Assembly (NCBI GenBank): GCA_963675595.2
Contig: CAXXLZ010000001.1
Span: forward strand, 736,001-800,000
Origin: Thermodesulfobacteriota bacterium
GTDB lineage: Bacteria > Desulfobacterota > Desulfarculia > JACQYL01
Direction: 5' to 3'
DNA length: 64,000 nt
Shown one piece after another: positions 21,939 through 31,805 of the stretch. The position numbers were made by a program, and so were the translations under genes. The number at the start of each line of letters is the position of its first letter. The stretch's first letter is position 1. The notes under the pieces were generated by a model. That model was not told the DNA's origin. It made no database searches and saw nothing but the letters and a program-made list of their open reading frames with translations.

Positions 21939-23300
21939 ATGGTTTCCTCATTCAGGAGGACCGGCCTTGCGCTCGTCGCGGTCGGGATTTTTTTCGGGTT
22001 CGGGCTCGGGGCCGTGCCGGCCAAAGCGGAACAGAACCTGCTTCTTAACGCCAAGTGCCTGAAATGCCATACGGAATTCAAGGAAATGAAGAACGTCATG
22101 GCAGGCGATTTCGAGAGCCGATCGAACAAGGCCATGTCGATCCAGGTGGATGTGGGTGAGCAATCCCAACTGGTCAAGTTCACCCCGGAGACCGAAGTGG
22201 TCCATGCGGAAAGCATCAAGGCTCTCAAAAAACCCATTCCTGTTCTGATCGAGTTTGAGCCGCGCGGTGAGGACCTCATAGCCACCAAAATCACGGCGAA
22301 ACCGGTGATCAAGGTTCCGGAAAATGAACAAGTGAGTGTGGAGGAAGTGGCCGCGCTTCCGACGAGATCTCCGAATTCTTACTTGCTGGTGGACTCCAGA
22401 CCGCCCATCCGTTACCAAGAGGGGCACATCCAGTCGGCGATCAGCATTCCTTTCCCAAAAATGCCTGAAATGATGGACAAACTTCCGCAGGACAAAGATC
22501 GGCTCGTGGTATTTTATTGCGGAGGATTCAGGTGAGTGCTTTCTCCCATGGCCGCCAGGTTGGCGGAAAAAAACGGGTACACCAATGTAAAGGTTTTCCA
22601 TGCCGGTATGCCTGCTTGGAGACAAGCGGGAAAGCCGGTCATAACGACTCGGAAATTCGTGAGCGATTTGTTGGGCTACATCGTGCTGATCGACACCAGG
22701 GGCGTTGAGGCCGCAAAGGCCGGGCACATCCAAGGTGCCGTCGCCATAGCGGCGAATGAGATCGTCGGTGAACGGGAACAATTTCCGGTGGATGCAAAAG
22801 CTCAGATCGTCCTTTACGGCGAACAGACCAACCTCGAAGAACTGGCCCCCATTGTGAAGGCGATCAGTAGTTGGGGGTACGGCAACGTATCGATTCTGGA
22901 CGGCGGGTATGAGGGCTGGCTTGCCGCCGACGGACCCATCCAGAAGGACATGGTGAGAACCAAGATCGTCTACTTCCCGCGCCCCCACCCCGGCGAGATC
23001 AGCGGGGACGAGTTTATGAACATTGTACGGAATCAACCCGAAGGCAAACAGATTCTCGATGTCAGAACTCAGGCCGAAACCGCGGGAGGCATGCTTCCGG
23101 GAGCCGTCAACATCCCGGTGGATCAGCTTCAGGCCCGTCTTAACGAGCTTCCCAAGGACAAAGAGATCATCCTCCATTGTCGTTCCGGGCTTCGGGCGGA
23201 AATGGGCTACAATATTCTGAGGAATGCCAAGTTTAAAGCCAGATTTCTGAATGATAAGGTGGAAATCCTGGAAAATCGTATCTTTTGTTGCTTCAAGTAA
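21939..23300 (+). CDS. Exported triple-rhodanese (seleno)protein with CxxCH heme motif; TGA 22533-22535 read as selenocysteine (453 aa)
   Basis: Track ORFs 21939-22535 and 22536-23300 are in frame and joined by one TGA, giving FYCGGFR-U-VLSPMAA at the rhodanese active-loop position; SECIS-like hairpin follows; signal peptide; CLKCH; third domain HCRSGLRA. Confidence 0.85.
22536..22572 (+). promoter_or_regulatory. Putative bacterial SECIS element
   Basis: CCGCCA-GGT-TGGCGG hairpin (22552-22566) with a G-starting apical loop 22 nt after the UGA. Confidence 0.7.
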
Positions 23301-23346
23301 CGGAACATGAGTGACGAGTTCCACGCGTTGGGGATTCGTCGGTCCT

Positions 23347-23383
23347 GCGCAAGGGGAGTCTTTGACTTCCCTTGCGCTTTTTT
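23347..23383 (+). terminator. Intrinsic terminator after the rhodanese gene
   Basis: GCGCAAGGGGAGTC-TTT-GACTTCCCTTGCGC followed by T6. Confidence 0.88.
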
Positions 23384-23614
23384 GGGCACCGAAAAGCAAC
23401 GCCGTCCCGAGGACGGAATCATGTGTTGAAGCGTTTCATTGGATTCAAACCCGGACGACACCCGGTTGACGGGAAAAAAGAATTGATCTAAGGGCGAACA
23501 TAGGGGTACATCAATTGCTCGTATACCGGGAAGGCCCGGACGCGATGCCCGTTTCGGGAATATCCGGTTTCTATGGTGAGATAAGGCGTCTTTCGCAGCG
23601 ATGAGGAGAGCAGC

Positions 23615-24466
23615 ATGTGGGAATATACGGATAAGGTCAGAAAATACTTCGAATCACCCGTGAACGTGGGAGAAATCGAAAATCCGGACGGTGTGGGTGA
23701 GGTGGGCTCCATCGCGTGTGGGGACGCGCTCAAACTCACGTTCAAGTTGGGAGCGGACGGCAGGATCTCCGATGCCAAGTTCAAGACCTTCGGGTGTGCC
23801 AGCGCTATTGCGTCGTCGTCGGCTCTTACGGAAATGATCAAGGGAATGACCCTGGACGAAGCCGAGAAGGTCACCAACAAAGACATTGTGGACTATTTAG
23901 GGGGGCTTCCCAAAGAAAAGATGCATTGCTCGGTCATGGGCATGGAGGCTCTTCAGGCCGCCCTGGCCAATTACCGCGGAGAAGAAGTCAAAAAGGAAGA
24001 AGGGGAAATCGTCTGTAAGTGCTTCGGCATTACGGACCGGGAAATCGAGCGGGTGATCCGTGAGAACCACCTGACCACCAGAGAGGAAGTCACCAACTAC
24101 ACCAAGGCCGGCGGAGGGTGTGAGTCCTGCCACGACAAGATTCAGGAAATCGTGGACAGAGTGGTTGCGGAGGAAAAAGGAAAGAAGATCGAACTCAGAG
24201 CGGTGGAGAAGAAGGCCGGGAAGTTGACCAACCTTCAGAAGATCAAGCTCATCGAAGAAACCCTGGAACGCGAGATTAAACCCGCATTGCGCACCGACGG
24301 CGGGGACATCGAACTTATCGACGTCCAGGGGGACCGGGTTTTGGTGGCTCTTCGCGGCACTTGTTCATCTTGTGCTGCGGCCGAGGTGACCCTGAAGGGG
24401 TACGTCGAGTCCAAGCTGCGGGAGTTCGTAACCGATGAGCTGGTGGTCGAGGAGGTGAAGTCATGA
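23615..24466 (+). CDS. nifU: Fe-S cluster assembly protein NifU
   Basis: MWEYTDKV, GSIACGDAL, FGCASAIASS, KMHCSVMG, CKCF...GGCESC, Nfu domain DGGDIEL..GTCSSC. Confidence 0.97.
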   Translation: MWEYTDKVRKYFESPVNVGEIENPDGVGEVGSIACGDALKLTFKLGADGRISDAKFKTFGCASAIASSSALTEMIKGMTLDEAEKVTNKDIVDYLGGLPKEKMHCSVMGMEALQAALANYRGEEVKKEEGEIVCKCFGITDREIERVIRENHLTTREEVTNYTKAGGGCESCHDKIQEIVDRVVAEEKGKKIELRAVEKKAGKLTNLQKIKLIEETLEREIKPALRTDGGDIELIDVQGDRVLVALRGTCSSCAAAEVTLKGYVESKLREFVTDELVVEEVKS

Positions 24467-25647
24467 ACCCGGTCTACATGGACAACAATGCCACGACCAG
24501 GACGGCTCCGGAAGTGGTCGAGACCATGCTTCCATACTTCACGGAGCTGTACGGGAATCCCTCGAGTATGCATTACTTCGGCGGACAGGTGGAAAAGGCC
24601 GTGAGAGGGGCGAGGGAAAAGATTGCGGCCTTGATCGGCGCCGACCCGGGTGAAATCGTGTTCACATCCTGCGGCACCGAAAGCGACAATACGGCCGTCT
24701 TGGGGACGTTGGAGTCCTATCCTGAAAAGCGGCACGTGGTCACCACTCGCGTTGAACACCCGGCGGTCAGGAACGTGGGGCATCATCTCCAGAAAAAAGG
24801 ATATCAGGTCACTGAATTGTCCGTGGATCGCGGGGGGGCGTTGGACCTCCGCCGGCTGGAGCAGGCAGTGACCTCGGACACCGCGGTTGTCAGCATCATG
24901 TGGGCCAACAATGAGACGGGCGTGGTTTTTCCCATCGAGGAAGCCGCGGCCATTGCCAAGTCCAAGGGTGCGGTCTTCCATACGGACGCGGTGCAGGCCG
25001 TGGGAAAGATCCCCATCGACCTCTCAAAATTGAGGGACGTGGACCTGTTGTCCCTTTCGGGCCACAAGCTGCACGCGCCCAAAGGGATCGGCGTGTTGTA
25101 CGTGCGCAAAGGAACCCGTTTGTCACCCTATATCATCGGTGGACACCAGGAAGGGGGACGCAGGGGCGGCACTGAAAACGTGCCTTACATCATCGGCTTG
25201 GGGAAGGCGGCGGAGCTGGCCGGGACGAGAATGGATGATGAGAATACGCGTGTGCGAGCCCTCCGGGACAAACTGGAAAAGGGCCTCATGGAGCGGATTC
25301 CCAACTCGATTCTCAATGGAGAAGGACAGGTCCGGCTTCCCAACACCTCCAACGTCAGCTTTGAATATGTGGAAGGTGAATCGATCCTGCTGCTCATGAG
25401 CAATCTGGGAATCTGTGCCTCATCGGGTTCGGCTTGCACGTCCGGCTCGCTGGAGCCCTCTCATGTTCTCAGAGCCATGGGGGTTCCTTTCACGGCCGCC
25501 CACGGCTCCATCCGGTTCTCTTTGAGCTATTACAACACGGAAGACGAAGTAGACTACGTCCTCGATCATCTTCCGGGAATCATTGAGAAGTTGCGGGACA
25601 TTTCTCCCTTCTGGTCGGACTACGTTCGGCAAAGCGTTGCCCGGTAG
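24463..25647 (+). CDS. nifS: Cysteine desulfurase NifS
   Basis: YMDNNATT, GNPSSMH, HTDAVQAVGK, SGHKLHAPKG, SSGSACTS. Confidence 0.97.
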   Translation: MNPVYMDNNATTRTAPEVVETMLPYFTELYGNPSSMHYFGGQVEKAVRGAREKIAALIGADPGEIVFTSCGTESDNTAVLGTLESYPEKRHVVTTRVEHPAVRNVGHHLQKKGYQVTELSVDRGGALDLRRLEQAVTSDTAVVSIMWANNETGVVFPIEEAAAIAKSKGAVFHTDAVQAVGKIPIDLSKLRDVDLLSLSGHKLHAPKGIGVLYVRKGTRLSPYIIGGHQEGGRRGGTENVPYIIGLGKAAELAGTRMDDENTRVRALRDKLEKGLMERIPNSILNGEGQVRLPNTSNVSFEYVEGESILLLMSNLGICASSGSACTSGSLEPSHVLRAMGVPFTAAHGSIRFSLSYYNTEDEVDYVLDHLPGIIEKLRDISPFWSDYVRQSVAR

Positions 25648-25651
25648 CATC

Positions 25652-26578
25652 ATGGAACAGCGATTGGGCGCGTCCACGTGCTGGAGAGCCGCGGACCTGA
25701 ACGACGGCGAAGAACTGCTCGGGGCGATGGAACAACTGCCCCTGTCCGGGCTCGAACTGGAATACCGAACCACCGGCCCCATGTACCAGAAAATGAGGCC
25801 GATTCTTCGAAAGAACTATTTCCAGGTCCTTTCCATCCACAATTTCTTCCCTCTTCCTCATGGAGTGCCGAGGAACAAGGCGTCGGGAGACCTCTACAAT
25901 CTGGCTTCCTCGGACCGGGACGAGAGGGATCTGGCGGTCGGGCATCTCATTGGTACCATGGAAATCGCCAACGATCTGGAAGTGGACCGCGTGGTGGTTC
26001 ACGGCGGGTTCAACGAAGGACTGGAACGAGAAGTGAGCGATTTGAGAGAGGTCCGGGACCTGGGATTGTCCGACGTGAGGATGACGGAGACCCGGGACCG
26101 GCTTTTGGACAAACGCAGGCGGAACTCGAGCAGGTTTCTGGACCGGCTTCTAAAAAGCATCGACGAGTGTACCCGTACCGCGGAACGTCTGGGCGTTACT
26201 TTATGCATGGAAAACCGGTCCGATCCTCACCAACTTCCCGACCTGGAAGAGATGTGGCGAGTCTTCGAAGTGTTCGAGGGGGCCCCGGTGGGCTTCTGGT
26301 TGGACCTAGGTCACACGGTGAGGCAGGAAAGACTGGGGTTGTGCGACGTCGAGGATTGGCTGAAGTTTCCCGACGAAATGCTGAAGGGCATCCATGTGCA
26401 CGACTGCAAGGGATTCTCGGACCATCGGCCTCCCGGACAGGGAGACGCGGACCTGACCCGGTTTCGCTCCGTGTTGACCCGTTGCCCGGTGCTCATTTTC
26501 GAGATTGAGAAATCCTTTGAACGATCCATGTTCATCGATGCCGTCGCCTACGTCAAGAATGAGATTCTCAAACCCTGA
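25652..26578 (+). CDS. Sugar phosphate isomerase/epimerase (AP endonuclease 2) TIM-barrel protein
   Basis: LSIHN, VVVHGG, LCMEN, WLDLGH, IHVHD, DHRPPGQGD, FEI metal-ligand pattern. Confidence 0.82.
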   Translation: MEQRLGASTCWRAADLNDGEELLGAMEQLPLSGLELEYRTTGPMYQKMRPILRKNYFQVLSIHNFFPLPHGVPRNKASGDLYNLASSDRDERDLAVGHLIGTMEIANDLEVDRVVVHGGFNEGLEREVSDLREVRDLGLSDVRMTETRDRLLDKRRRNSSRFLDRLLKSIDECTRTAERLGVTLCMENRSDPHQLPDLEEMWRVFEVFEGAPVGFWLDLGHTVRQERLGLCDVEDWLKFPDEMLKGIHVHDCKGFSDHRPPGQGDADLTRFRSVLTRCPVLIFEIEKSFERSMFIDAVAYVKNEILKP

Positions 26579-26587
26579 AGGAAGCGG

Positions 26588-26974
26588 ATGAAACCGTTTG
26601 ACTGCAAAATGTGCGGGGAGTGCTGTCGCGGCGAAGGAGGCGTGTTCGTCACAGCCGAGGAACTCGAAAGGATATCCTCCTTTCTGCGAATGACCTCGGA
26701 AGCGTTCCTTGATCAGTATTGTGATCGTCGGAATGGAAAGATCTATCTGGCCACCGGAGACGACGGCGTGTGCCTCCTGTACGACCATGGATGCGGAATT
26801 CATCCGGTGAAACCGACTCCCTGCAGGCAATGGCCTTTTTTCGACGCCATGATGAAGGACCCGGCCAACCTCGAAGTGGCGAAACACAACTGTCCGGGCG
26901 TTGATCCGGACTGTACCTATGAGGAATTCCTGGCGCAGGGCCGGAAGCACCGGGCCTCCCTTGAAGAAGGTTGA
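26588..26974 (+). CDS. YkgJ-family cysteine-cluster protein
   Basis: FDCKMCGECC...CLLY..GCGIHPVKPTPCRQWPF. Confidence 0.88.
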   Translation: MKPFDCKMCGECCRGEGGVFVTAEELERISSFLRMTSEAFLDQYCDRRNGKIYLATGDDGVCLLYDHGCGIHPVKPTPCRQWPFFDAMMKDPANLEVAKHNCPGVDPDCTYEEFLAQGRKHRASLEEG

Positions 26975-27038
26975 CCGCTTTCACCAAGGGCGGGAGAAAC
27001 CGCCGGAACGTGATTCTCTCCGCGCCCCCCCGAAGACG

Positions 27039-27824
27039 ATGCAATCACCCCTGACGCCCATCGTTTCGCCCGTTCTCGGCATATTGAAAAAGATACCGGA
27101 CCTCGGCCTGCTCGACTTCGTATTCCCGCGAAAATGCTATGGATGCCGGGTAGTTATCAGGAATTCCGACCCACTGTTCTGTACCGACTGCGCTCGGACT
27201 TTCCGTCGAGTGGAGCCTCCCCTTTGCACTTCCTGCGGCATTCCTTTCAAGGCCCGGGCGGGAGCGGACCATGTCTGCCCCGATTGCTCCGAGAAACCGC
27301 CGCTTTTCGATTTGGCGCGTTCCGCCATGGTTTACGAGGGGGCCGTGCGAAAAGCGATTCATAGGTTCAAGTATTCCGGTCATGTGTATCTCCACAAAGG
27401 GCTTGGAGACCTGTTGGCCGATTTCGCGGAGAGCATATACGAACGGGAACCCTGGGACACCGTGGTGCCCGTCCCTTTGCATCCATCCAAGCTTAGAGCC
27501 CGGGGGGTCAATCAGGCTCTCATGTTGGCTCGACGGGTGTCGAAGCGAATTCCCGCGCGAGTCCTGCCGGATTCCCTGGTGAGGGATCGAAGGACACCGG
27601 CGCAAACGGACCTTTCTCGTAAGGATCGGGCGCGAAACGTGCGAGGAGCCTTCCGGGTCGTGCGAACAAACTTGGCCTGCAACCGCGTCCTTCTGGTGGA
27701 CGATGTGATGACTACCGGCGCCACCATGCGTGAGTGCGCCAAAACCTTGAAAAGGGCCGGAGCGGAGTGCGTGGTTGCCGTCAGTCTCGCGCGCAGCGTC
27801 GAATGGCATTGGAGATGGGAATGA
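27039..27824 (+). CDS. comF: ComF-family protein (double zinc ribbon + PRTase)
   Basis: FPRKCYGC, CTDC, CTSCG, CPDC, VPVPLH, RGVNQA, LLVDDVMTTGAT; start approximate. Confidence 0.88.
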   Translation: MQSPLTPIVSPVLGILKKIPDLGLLDFVFPRKCYGCRVVIRNSDPLFCTDCARTFRRVEPPLCTSCGIPFKARAGADHVCPDCSEKPPLFDLARSAMVYEGAVRKAIHRFKYSGHVYLHKGLGDLLADFAESIYEREPWDTVVPVPLHPSKLRARGVNQALMLARRVSKRIPARVLPDSLVRDRRTPAQTDLSRKDRARNVRGAFRVVRTNLACNRVLLVDDVMTTGATMRECAKTLKRAGAECVVAVSLARSVEWHWRWE

Positions 27825-28312
27825 TATCCACTGCGGAAAAAATCATGGAAGGCAAGCGACTCACAGCCTTCTTGGACGACCGACGGGCATCGGGCGAAGG
27901 TATCGTATTTACCAATGGGTGTTTCGACATTATCCATGCCGGGCATGTGGACTATTTGGAGAAGGCCCGGAACCTGGGGGGGGCTTTGATCGTGGGGCTG
28001 AACACGGACCGCTCGGTGCGGGAGATCAAGGGCCCTACGCGACCCATCGTGCCTCAGGAACAAAGGGCGCGGGTGGTGGCCGCGTTGGCCTGTGTGGACT
28101 GCGTGACCCTGTTTGACGAGCCCGACCCGTTGAAACTCATCATGTCGGTTGGGCCCGACGTGCTGGTAAAGGGCGCGGACTGGCCTTTGGAGAAAATAGT
28201 GGGCGCGGATCGGGTCATGGCCGGGGGAGGCAGGGTGGAACGCATCGAGTTCACCACCGGTCTTTCGACTTCATCCATCATTGATCGAATTCGTCGTCTT
28301 TCCGAGAAATAG
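27821..28312 (+). CDS. rfaE2: D-glycero-beta-D-manno-heptose 1-phosphate adenylyltransferase
   Basis: VFTNGCFDIIHAGHVDYL, VGLNTDRSV, VLVKGADW, STSSII. Confidence 0.95.
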   Translation: MISTAEKIMEGKRLTAFLDDRRASGEGIVFTNGCFDIIHAGHVDYLEKARNLGGALIVGLNTDRSVREIKGPTRPIVPQEQRARVVAALACVDCVTLFDEPDPLKLIMSVGPDVLVKGADWPLEKIVGADRVMAGGGRVERIEFTTGLSTSSIIDRIRRLSEK

Positions 28313-28402
28313 CGGCGGGGAATCGGTATGCCGCGCCGTCTCTAGTCTCCCCGCCATTTTGTACGGTCGAGCCGCCGGCGATCCGGCCGTGCTCGGGAAG
28401 CG

Positions 28403-29209
28403 CTAACCGGTCGCACCCGCGGCCATGCTTTTGAGCACTTCCGCCTGCACCGTGTCCCACACCAGTTCCTTGAGTTCGATATACCTTTTGGAAAGTTGGA
28501 CGGAAGCGTTCCTGGGACGGGGCAAATCGTTTTCAATGTCCTGGGAAATTTGTCCGGGGCGGGCCGTCATGATGACGATTCGGGAAGACAACAGTAGGGC
28601 CTCGTCTATGGAATGGGTGATGAAAACCATGGTCTTGCCCTGTCTTTCCTGAATCCGGATCAGCTGTTCCTGCAGCACCTGGCGGGTCATGGCGTCCAAA
28701 GCGGCGAAGGGCTCGTCGAGCAGCATCACCCGGGGATCGTTGGCAAGCGCTCTGGCGATGGAGACTCTCTGTTTCATGCCGCCCGACAGCGTGTTGGGAT
28801 ACGAATCCTCGAATCCCTTCAAACCCACCAGTTCGATAAATCCTTCGGCCGTTTCGCTTCGTTCCTTCTTGGGAACCCTTTTCATCTTGAGGCCGAACTC
28901 GACGTTCTCCCGCACCGTCTTCCAGGGGAACAAGGCGTACTGCTGAAAAATCATGCCGCACTTGGGATGGATGCCCCGCACGGGCTCCCCTTTCAGAAAG
29001 ATTTCTCCGTGTGTGGGCCGTTCGAAGCCCGCCACCAGGTTGAGAAGGGTGGTCTTTCCGCATCCGGAGGCACCCACCACAACCACAAACTCCCCCGAAT
29101 GAATCGCCAGGTCCACGTTCCGAAGCGCTTCCACTTCTCCCCGATCCGTTCGAAAAGTCTTGGATAGCCCTCTGATTTCAATTTCCGGGGAGCCGTTCAT
29201 GACATCCAA
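28403..29209 (-). CDS. ABC transporter ATP-binding protein (TauB/SsuB-like)
   Basis: GASGCGKT, LSGGMKQR, LLDEPFAALD, ITHSIDEA. Confidence 0.95.
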   Translation of the reverse strand: MDVMNGSPEIEIRGLSKTFRTDRGEVEALRNVDLAIHSGEFVVVVGASGCGKTTLLNLVAGFERPTHGEIFLKGEPVRGIHPKCGMIFQQYALFPWKTVRENVEFGLKMKRVPKKERSETAEGFIELVGLKGFEDSYPNTLSGGMKQRVSIARALANDPRVMLLDEPFAALDAMTRQVLQEQLIRIQERQGKTMVFITHSIDEALLLSSRIVIMTARPGQISQDIENDLPRPRNASVQLSKRYIELKELVWDTVQAEVLKSMAAGATG

Positions 29210-29964
29210 GGCAGCACCTTGCGTTCGATGCGTTTGAAGACCGCGTCGATGATCATGACGGTCAGGCTGATGAGCACCATGCCCAGCATGACCGTATCCG
29301 TCTGAAAATATTCCTTTCCGTTCATGATCATGAATCCCAGGCCGTTGCTCGCCGCCACCAATTCGGCCGAAATGACGCAGGTCCAGGCAATGCCCAGCAT
29401 GACCTTAAGCCCTGCGATGATCTGTGGTAGAGCGCCCGGCAGGATGACCTCCCTCATTACGTCCGCCCGTCCGGCTCCGAGGTTCTGCGCGGCTCTCACA
29501 AGCACCGGGTCCACACTCTTGGTGGCCTCGATCACATACAGCAATGAGGGAGCGAAAGAACCCATGAACACGATGGAATACTTCTGAGTTTCACTGATGC
29601 CCAACCAGAGAAGAGACAGTGGAATCCAGCTCATGGACGGCAAAGGCCTGAGCAGGGAGATGACAGGGTCGAAAATCGATAGAAAGAGTCTCGACGTACC
29701 CAGAAATATGCCGAAGGGAACCGCCGCCAAAGCGGCCGCGAGAAACCCCACCATGACTCTCCGGCAGGATGCCAGGATGTGGATCAGAAGCTCGCCTCGT
29801 TCCTGAAGAGCGATCGCCCGCAGCAGAACTCGAGAAGGGGAGGGAAGAAACACCGGTTCGATGAGGCCCAGTCTGCAAATCGCCTCCCACAGAAGCACCA
29901 TGCATACGAACGACACGGCGCTTATGAGAAGATAACGGGGACTTTTGTGCATGGGAGTAATCAT
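29197..29964 (-). CDS. ABC transporter permease (TauC/SsuC-like)
   Basis: FLPSP, LRPLPSMSWIP, EAA loop RAAQNLGA, AWTCVISAE. Confidence 0.94.
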   Translation of the reverse strand: MITPMHKSPRYLLISAVSFVCMVLLWEAICRLGLIEPVFLPSPSRVLLRAIALQERGELLIHILASCRRVMVGFLAAALAAVPFGIFLGTSRLFLSIFDPVISLLRPLPSMSWIPLSLLWLGISETQKYSIVFMGSFAPSLLYVIEATKSVDPVLVRAAQNLGAGRADVMREVILPGALPQIIAGLKVMLGIAWTCVISAELVAASNGLGFMIMNGKEYFQTDTVMLGMVLISLTVMIIDAVFKRIERKVLPWMS

Positions 29965-30028
29965 AGGATTTCCGTCGGGGGATACTTGGGAGAACCGGCC
30001 TTCGGCGGATCCACTCTCGTGTGAACGG

Positions 30029-31057
30029 CTACGGCAGGAGATCGGGTCGGAGCCAATCCTTCACATGGGGCGCCCGATCGATTTGCCCGTGTTTTTCGAG
30101 AAACGACGCCAACTGCTGCAGCCCCCCGGCGAAGGCTCCGGGATTCACCAGCATGCGTTGTTGTTTCTTAAGGTCGTTCCATTTCACATCCTTCAGCACG
30201 GCCGCTTGGTCCTCCAAATTCAGGCCCGTCAGGTCGACCAGCAGAGCGGCGCTTTCCTCAGGATCGGAAATCAGAAAATCCACGCTCTGGAAATAGGCTT
30301 CAAGAAAGGCTTTTGTCGTTTCCGGGCGGCGTTCCGGCATCTTTTTGCTTACCACGAGCAAGTCCGGGCCGGGACCGATCTCGTGTGATCGGTAAAGGCT
30401 GAACGCGGTGTCGTCCATGAGCGTGTGGGCGCCCTCCACGGCCAACAGCCGATTGAAGAAGGGGGTCCAAACGCCGCATGCGTCCACTTCGCCGGAACGG
30501 AAGGCCGCCGGCATTTCGGACACCTTCAGGTTGATGAGGCTCACGTCCCGTCCGGGGTCCAACCCCTCGCTTTCAAGGGCGTCCAGCACCAGTACATGGG
30601 AGCTGGATGCAAAGGTCACGGCGATTTTCTTTCCTTTGAGGTCCCGAATGTCGGAAATATCCTTGGTTGCGATGATTCCCTCCACCGTGGCGTACGAATC
30701 CTGGGTGGCGACGACATAAAAGGAATGAACGCCGTAAGCCATAAGGGCAAGGGCGGAAATGGACCCCGTGGAGGCGAAGTCCAGGTCCCCGGCCAACAGA
30801 GAGCCCATGCGCGCCGATGACGCGTGAAACTGCTTGAAGGAGATGTCCAGTCCCTTTTGTTCGAAATAGCCCTTCTTCATGCCCACCCAGACCGGATAGT
30901 GGCCCAGCCAAGTGGAGCCGCCGTAAACCACGGTCTCCTTTTTCGGTGATTCGGCGACGGAGAGTGAAGGTCCGAAGGCTGCGAACAGGACCAGGAGCGT
31001 GCAACAGAGTGAAACGATGCAACGGCCCGGGTGGGGGTGGGGCGTTTTCAAAGTCAT
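30029..31057 (-). CDS. ABC transporter substrate-binding protein (NMT1/TauA/SsuA-like)
   Basis: Signal peptide, KKGYFEQKGLD, DLKGKKIAV, WTPF; first gene of the operon. Confidence 0.9.
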   Translation of the reverse strand: MTLKTPHPHPGRCIVSLCCTLLVLFAAFGPSLSVAESPKKETVVYGGSTWLGHYPVWVGMKKGYFEQKGLDISFKQFHASSARMGSLLAGDLDFASTGSISALALMAYGVHSFYVVATQDSYATVEGIIATKDISDIRDLKGKKIAVTFASSSHVLVLDALESEGLDPGRDVSLINLKVSEMPAAFRSGEVDACGVWTPFFNRLLAVEGAHTLMDDTAFSLYRSHEIGPGPDLLVVSKKMPERRPETTKAFLEAYFQSVDFLISDPEESAALLVDLTGLNLEDQAAVLKDVKWNDLKKQQRMLVNPGAFAGGLQQLASFLEKHGQIDRAPHVKDWLRPDLLP

Positions 31058-31151
31058 GAAAAATCCTTACCGGAATGCGGCCGGGACGCCGATTTGAGGG
31101 GCGCCCGGATGAAAATGCGCTTTTAATCCGTACCTATTCACGGGGCGTGCC

Positions 31152-31212
31152 GCAGGGGGACACCGTCCCCCTGCACCTCCTGCCGGGGGACCAATGGCCC
31201 CCCCCGGACCCC
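31152..31212. repeat. Tandem GC-rich palindrome pair (REP-like element)
   Basis: GCAGGGGGA-CACCG-TCCCCCTGC followed by CCGGGGG...CCCCCGG. Confidence 0.6.
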
Positions 31213-31805
31213 CATTGCACTTTTGCAAATCTCGTACGCCATTCGCAAAACGAGCGGATACCCCTCCGAATGCTCACTCTGATCTTTTCCCGGAATTATC
31301 ACAGATGGTCATTCGCGTCCACGCTTTTGGAAATCGGTTCCGGTACGCTCAAAGAGTTGCCTCGAGTGTGTGGCGACGATTGAAGGAATCTTGGGTTTTA
31401 CTGGAGGCGTGAAGCAGGATGTTGGACGCCTACCATTTCCTGTTCACCCGGTTCCGTCCGCTTCTCGAAACCGGAACGGGAAAGCGCCGCCGCGGATTTA
31501 ACCCATGCCGGCATCGAAATTCATGCGGGACGTGAAGGAATACCGAGGAGGTGCCGCCGGCCATCCCCTGTCGGAAGAGGATCGGCTATTTGGGCTCCGA
31601 TTTTGCTATTGAGACACAGTATGGTTTCCGACTAAATGTATTGAAGGAGAATCGAAACTGCAACAGGATCGAGACGTGGAGTGGAAGCGGATCTGCGCGG
31701 GCCGCCCGTTCGGGCAAGGAGTTCCGGAAGCGATCATCCTAACGTTTTAAGGAAATGCGGACCGGTGGCTGTAGAAGGGGACACCGCACAGGGGAGGAGG
31801 ACGTC

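Noticed and set aside
21939-23300. Two separate rhodanese genes or a nonsense pseudogene
   Set aside because: The stop is a TGA at a Cys-equivalent position, in frame, mid-domain and followed by a SECIS-like hairpin; the second ORF has no RBS
7188-26974. Other TGA stops as possible selenocysteine codons (SagB, FmdB, YkgJ, tatA)
   Set aside because: They fall at natural domain ends, not at Cys-equivalent positions, with no plausible in-frame continuation
31058-31400. Guanidine or TPP riboswitch, or sigma54 promoter, before the ABC operon
   Set aside because: No riboswitch consensus seen; TGGCGT...TTGCA has 12 nt rather than 10 nt between GG and GC
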